From Candidatus Saccharimonadales bacterium (lineage in GTDB: Bacteria > Patescibacteriota > Saccharimonadia > Saccharimonadales > OMJO01), in contig JBBQSV010000001.1 of the NCBI GenBank assembly GCA_038213615.1, forward strand, positions 4,032-68,031: 64,000 nucleotides of DNA. The letters run 5' to 3'. Every line of letters begins with the position of its first letter. Position 1 is the first letter of the stretch. The position numbers were made by a program, and so were the translations under genes. The notes under the pieces were generated by a model, which saw only the letters and a list, made by a program, of their open reading frames with translations, was not told the origin of the DNA and did no database searches. Below, piece after piece: positions 63,656 to 64,000 of this stretch.

Positions 63656-64000
63656 GGCCTGGCTAGAAACTAGCACTCAGAAACTAAAAAAAGCTGGCAT
63701 TGCCACCGCCCGCCTAGACACTCTGGTGCTGCTGGGCGACACCTTGGCGGCCGATAAAAGTTACGTTCTGGCCCATTTGGACCTCAGCCTTACCCTAGCT
63801 CAGCAAAAGTTACTGTCTAGTAAATTAAATCAGCGTTTACGCCATTTGCCACTGGCCTACGTCCGAGGTAAAACCGAGTTTTATGGTCGTGATTTTTTGG
63901 TAAACAAAGATACACTAGAGCCCCGACCAGAAAGCGAAACCATGATAGAACTTTTAAAAAGTCTAGGCCTGGCTGCCAAGACCCTGATTGTCGACGTAGG
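63645..64000 (+). CDS. prmC: release factor glutamine methyltransferase PrmC/HemK, 3' end outside window
   Basis: Hand translation: MKVKAWLETSTQKLKKAGIATARLDTLVLL...LAYVRGKTEFYGRDFLVNKDTLEPRPESE. Overlaps the prfA end by 11 nt and is open to the window edge. Confidence 0.8.
   Translation, partial: MKVKAWLETSTQKLKKAGIATARLDTLVLLGDTLAADKSYVLAHLDLSLTLAQQKLLSSKLNQRLRHLPLAYVRGKTEFYGRDFLVNKDTLEPRPESETMIELLKSLGLAAKTLIVDV

Noticed and set aside
514-63676. Many 60-180-aa ORFs in the six-frame track lie antisense to, or out of frame within, recognised genes. Examples: 514-828, 1451-1756, 2341-2544, 3270-3621, 5816-6208, 8761-9143, 31514-31852, 42952-43359, 50967-51512.
   Set aside because: Each lies wholly inside a longer ORF with clear family motifs. 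They have no Shine-Dalgarno or promoter signal and have skewed, low-complexity composition typical of shadow frames.

Overview
Gene-dense 64-kb chromosomal segment (about 75 CDS, roughly 90% coding, nearly all on the minus strand). It reads like a streamlined monoderm or CPR/Patescibacteria (Saccharibacteria-like) genome. That taxon call is an inference from gene content and from short, tightly coupled operons. All calls rest on motif recognition in the supplied ORF translations and on reading the DNA by eye; no searches were run. The genetic code is standard: TAA, TAG and TGA all end recognisable genes, and both RF1 and RF2 are present.

Content:
- A reduced dcw cluster (mraZ-rsmH-ftsL-ftsI-mraY-ftsW-murG-ftsQ).
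- An accessory island at about 10.2-17.5 kb: GH1 glycosidase, NYN nuclease, VOC/flavodoxin/chorismate-mutase-like enzymes and orphan ORFs.
- Housekeeping genes: glyQS, recO, xseAB, def, rpmA, pyrG, ftsEX, prfB, secA, hpf, serS, lysS, greA, proS, uppS, frr, tsf, rpsB, rpmE, prfA, prmC.
- No rRNA, tRNA, CRISPR array, transposase or integrase could be supported.

Most interesting observations:
1. A heliorhodopsin-like 7TM protein whose Schiff-base lysine position is arginine (49940-50716).
2. A secreted PcsB-like CHAP hydrolase directly downstream of ftsEX, split by one in-frame TAG between the signal peptide and the mature domain.
3. A dif-like Xer site in the only large ORF-free convergent spacer, a candidate replication terminus (1088-1115).
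4. A degenerate two-component pair (His to Glu kinase-like protein, Asp to Glu receiver) translationally coupled to recO.
5. A 550-aa orphan with a clan-CD-like His/Cys dyad.
6. Lysine-free or lysine-poor orphan ORFs inside otherwise conserved operons (xseA-X-xseB; rpsB-X-tsf-X-frr with pyrH missing; a roughly 3-kb insertion between prfB and ftsE driven by a perfect consensus promoter).
7. A four-copy GTGGGTA MraZ-box operator.
8. Many -10 boxes only 6-10 nt from start codons, suggesting leaderless mRNAs.
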